Source: Felis catus (lineage: Eukaryota). From it: a stretch of DNA of 64,000 nucleotides. Location: positions 4,404,001 through 4,468,000 of the forward strand of contig NC_058369.1 in assembly GCF_018350175.1 (NCBI RefSeq), in the 5' to 3' direction. A program made the translations under genes and the position numbers. Under the pieces are notes generated by a model. It saw only the letters and a program-made list of their open reading frames with translations. It was not told the DNA's origin and did no database searches. Positions 61,941 to 64,000 of this stretch are shown piece by piece. Each line of letters begins with the position of its first letter. Positions within the stretch are counted from its first letter, which is position 1.

Positions 61941-62444
61941 TAGAACAATCCTAGAGTAAATCAACAAACTGTGAATTTGCAAATACCTTACGAGGCCCTA
62001 TTTTCCTAGAAAGTAAGCAAAACGGCTGCTAGAGCTAGGTAAGATTTTGACCTGGTAAGAACTCGAGTCAATTCAACAAGTGATTGCTCGGTGTAATTAT
62101 TTGGTGTCCCACAGAGGCATTGAGACATGGTCTCCATTCTCTCATCTCAGGAGAGAGAAAAGGAGAGTCACAAATAACTCTTATGCGGCAAAGGGGACAG
62201 GTGCAGACTCCAGCTGGGAATCTGGGACGGTCCCATCCTGGACCCCGAGGGAGGGGCAGGACCTATGGGGGGTCAGGCAAACAGGAAGGAGGGACTAGTT
62301 CAAGAGTGGGAAGCTGGGCACAGCAGGGGGCTGTGATGGGTTGGAGCTGGTTGGAGCAGAGGGCACAGGCTCGGCCACCCGGAGAAAGGCTGTGAATGCC
62401 AGGTGGGCCCCCCCCCACCCCCGCCCCGACTCCATCCTACAGGG

Positions 62445-62755
62445 CAGAGGTCAGCAAACCACGGCCCAACGCCCCAGCCAAGTCCCGCCCACTCTACCGC
62501 CTGGTGTGTATATAGCGCGTAAGCTAAAAATGGTCTTTATATTCATAAAGGGTTATAAAAAAATCAGAGCCAAAATATTTTGTGGCATATGAAAATTACA
62601 TGAAATCCACATTTCAGTGCCCATAAATAAAGTTTTATTGGCACATGGCCACACCCATTCATTTACATGTTGTCAACAGCAGAGCCCCGTCTGGCCCACA
62701 AAGCCTAAAATATTTCCCGTCTGGTCCTTTATAGAGAATGGTTGCTGACTCCTCC
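62445..62755 (-). mobile_element. MER58B-like element
   Basis: gaaaattacatgaaatccacatttcagtgcccataaataaagttttattgg. Confidence 0.72.
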
Positions 62756-64000
62756 ACTTTCTTGGAATACTAAAAGATTCTACGGGCTTTATCTGCTCAG
62801 ATAAAGTAATGGTACTTTTGCTGATTTGCAGAAATATACGTAAGGCATATATTTCTCAAATTAAAGACAATTTGCCCTAGAATATTTCTTAAACCCTTGG
62901 TACAGGTCTCCTCTCATCTGCTAGTGACCAGCAGTAAGCAATGCAACCAACTCCCTACACGTACGGCATTACTGGGAGATGCCGGGTCAGCCCGTTGTGT
63001 CTGACTCGACGGCAGGAGTTTTAAAGGACATTTGCTCGAAGCGGCCGTTGCGCACCAGCATCGTATTTTATAATTTAATCATGTTTTGCTTAATAAGAAC
63101 ATTGTGAGTGCACGTGATTTGAATTAAGGGCGTTGATATTCCACGGTGTCCCGCACACACGTCAGGCACCATCCCGCCACCGCCAGCAGCTTAAGGCCAC
63201 GGCTGAGCAGTGGAAGGAGAAGGCGGAACAGTGGGTCTGCGCCACGGCCCTCGCAAGGGCAGTCTGCAGTCTTCCACTAGAGCATCTGAACTGGAACAGC
63301 AGGAGCTGTTGGAGTTGGACAGGATGGAGACGTGTGGGCAGCGGTTAGTGGGGTGAAGGACAGGGGAAGAAGGCGGGGGGCGCGGGGCCCAGCGTTCAAG
63401 GCTGGCCACCGAGACTGTGGCATCAGGATAATAATTTCTCCTTCACTTACCGCCTTGCCGTCCTCTCTGGCCCTGGGCCCAGTCCTCTCTAAAACTAGAG
63501 AGGAGTCTAGACTGAGCTCACGCTGTGGCCGAAAGGCAAGTCGAGCTGGGTTTTGCAGGAGGAAGGATTTCTCCGCTACCTGCCCAAGGGACCAGGAAGC
63601 ACAGGAGGCGTTTCTAGCTCTGTCGGGGCCTGCTGGCCCTACTGACCCCAGCAGGGCTGCACCAGGGTCAGAAGGCATGTGTGTAAAGCACCAGGCATAT
63701 GGTAGGTGCTCAGGGTGTGAGGTCACGGCAACCCCTTTACTTTCAGAACATAACCTTGGGATCCCGCAGTCACGACTTTTAAAGTCTGGCTGCCCCCTCC
63801 TGAGAGCTGCTCTTTATTCCCTGCCCCATCTGCCACTCTCTGCCTTTCTCGAAAAACCTTCTTTTCCTTGGTCTAAAGCACAAGGGGGAGCCTGGCCACT
63901 CAACAAGCGCTTGTCAGAAGTGCTGGGCTGCGGGCCCCGTCCCCTCCCTGGCCGCAGAAGGCAGTCTCTCTGCCTGAAACTCTCAGGATCCACGTGAGCA

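Larger units (their letters stand above)
1..64000 (-). other. RFX2: Internal portion of the RFX2 gene (part of intron 1 through the intron after the 75-nt exon)
   Basis: Five ordered, phase-compatible minus-strand exons encode the recognisable RFX2 N-terminus. No DBD exon (LQWLLDNYE...) seen in 1-4645 and no clear canonical first exon seen in 24094-64000. Confidence 0.9.

Overview
Mammalian (feliform carnivore, most likely felid) genomic DNA, judged from about 26 CAN-SINE (SINEC_Fc-type) copies. The window lies inside the RFX2 transcription-factor gene on the minus strand. Five coding exons can be read with GT-AG boundaries and consistent phases (24085-23981, 22279-22190, 20299-20220, 18804-18543, 4720-4646), giving the first 204 aa up to just before the winged-helix DNA-binding domain. 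The DBD exons lie left of the window and the canonical non-coding first exon appears to lie right of it. The rest is intron, rich in old L1, L2, MIR, MaLR LTRs and hAT DNA-transposon fossils. I see no CRISPR array or novel protein-coding system. The most interesting signals are regulatory: two repeat-poor intron-1 modules (about 35.7-36.0 kb and 41.2-42.8 kb) that combine promoter-like architecture in the RFX2 sense direction with X-boxes (RFX's own binding site) and forkhead/MYB motifs, a strong CTCF site, a 75-nt symmetric cassette exon, and several unusual retrotransposon junctions. Repeat family names and motif calls are by eye and from memory, not from a database search; repeat boundaries are approximate.
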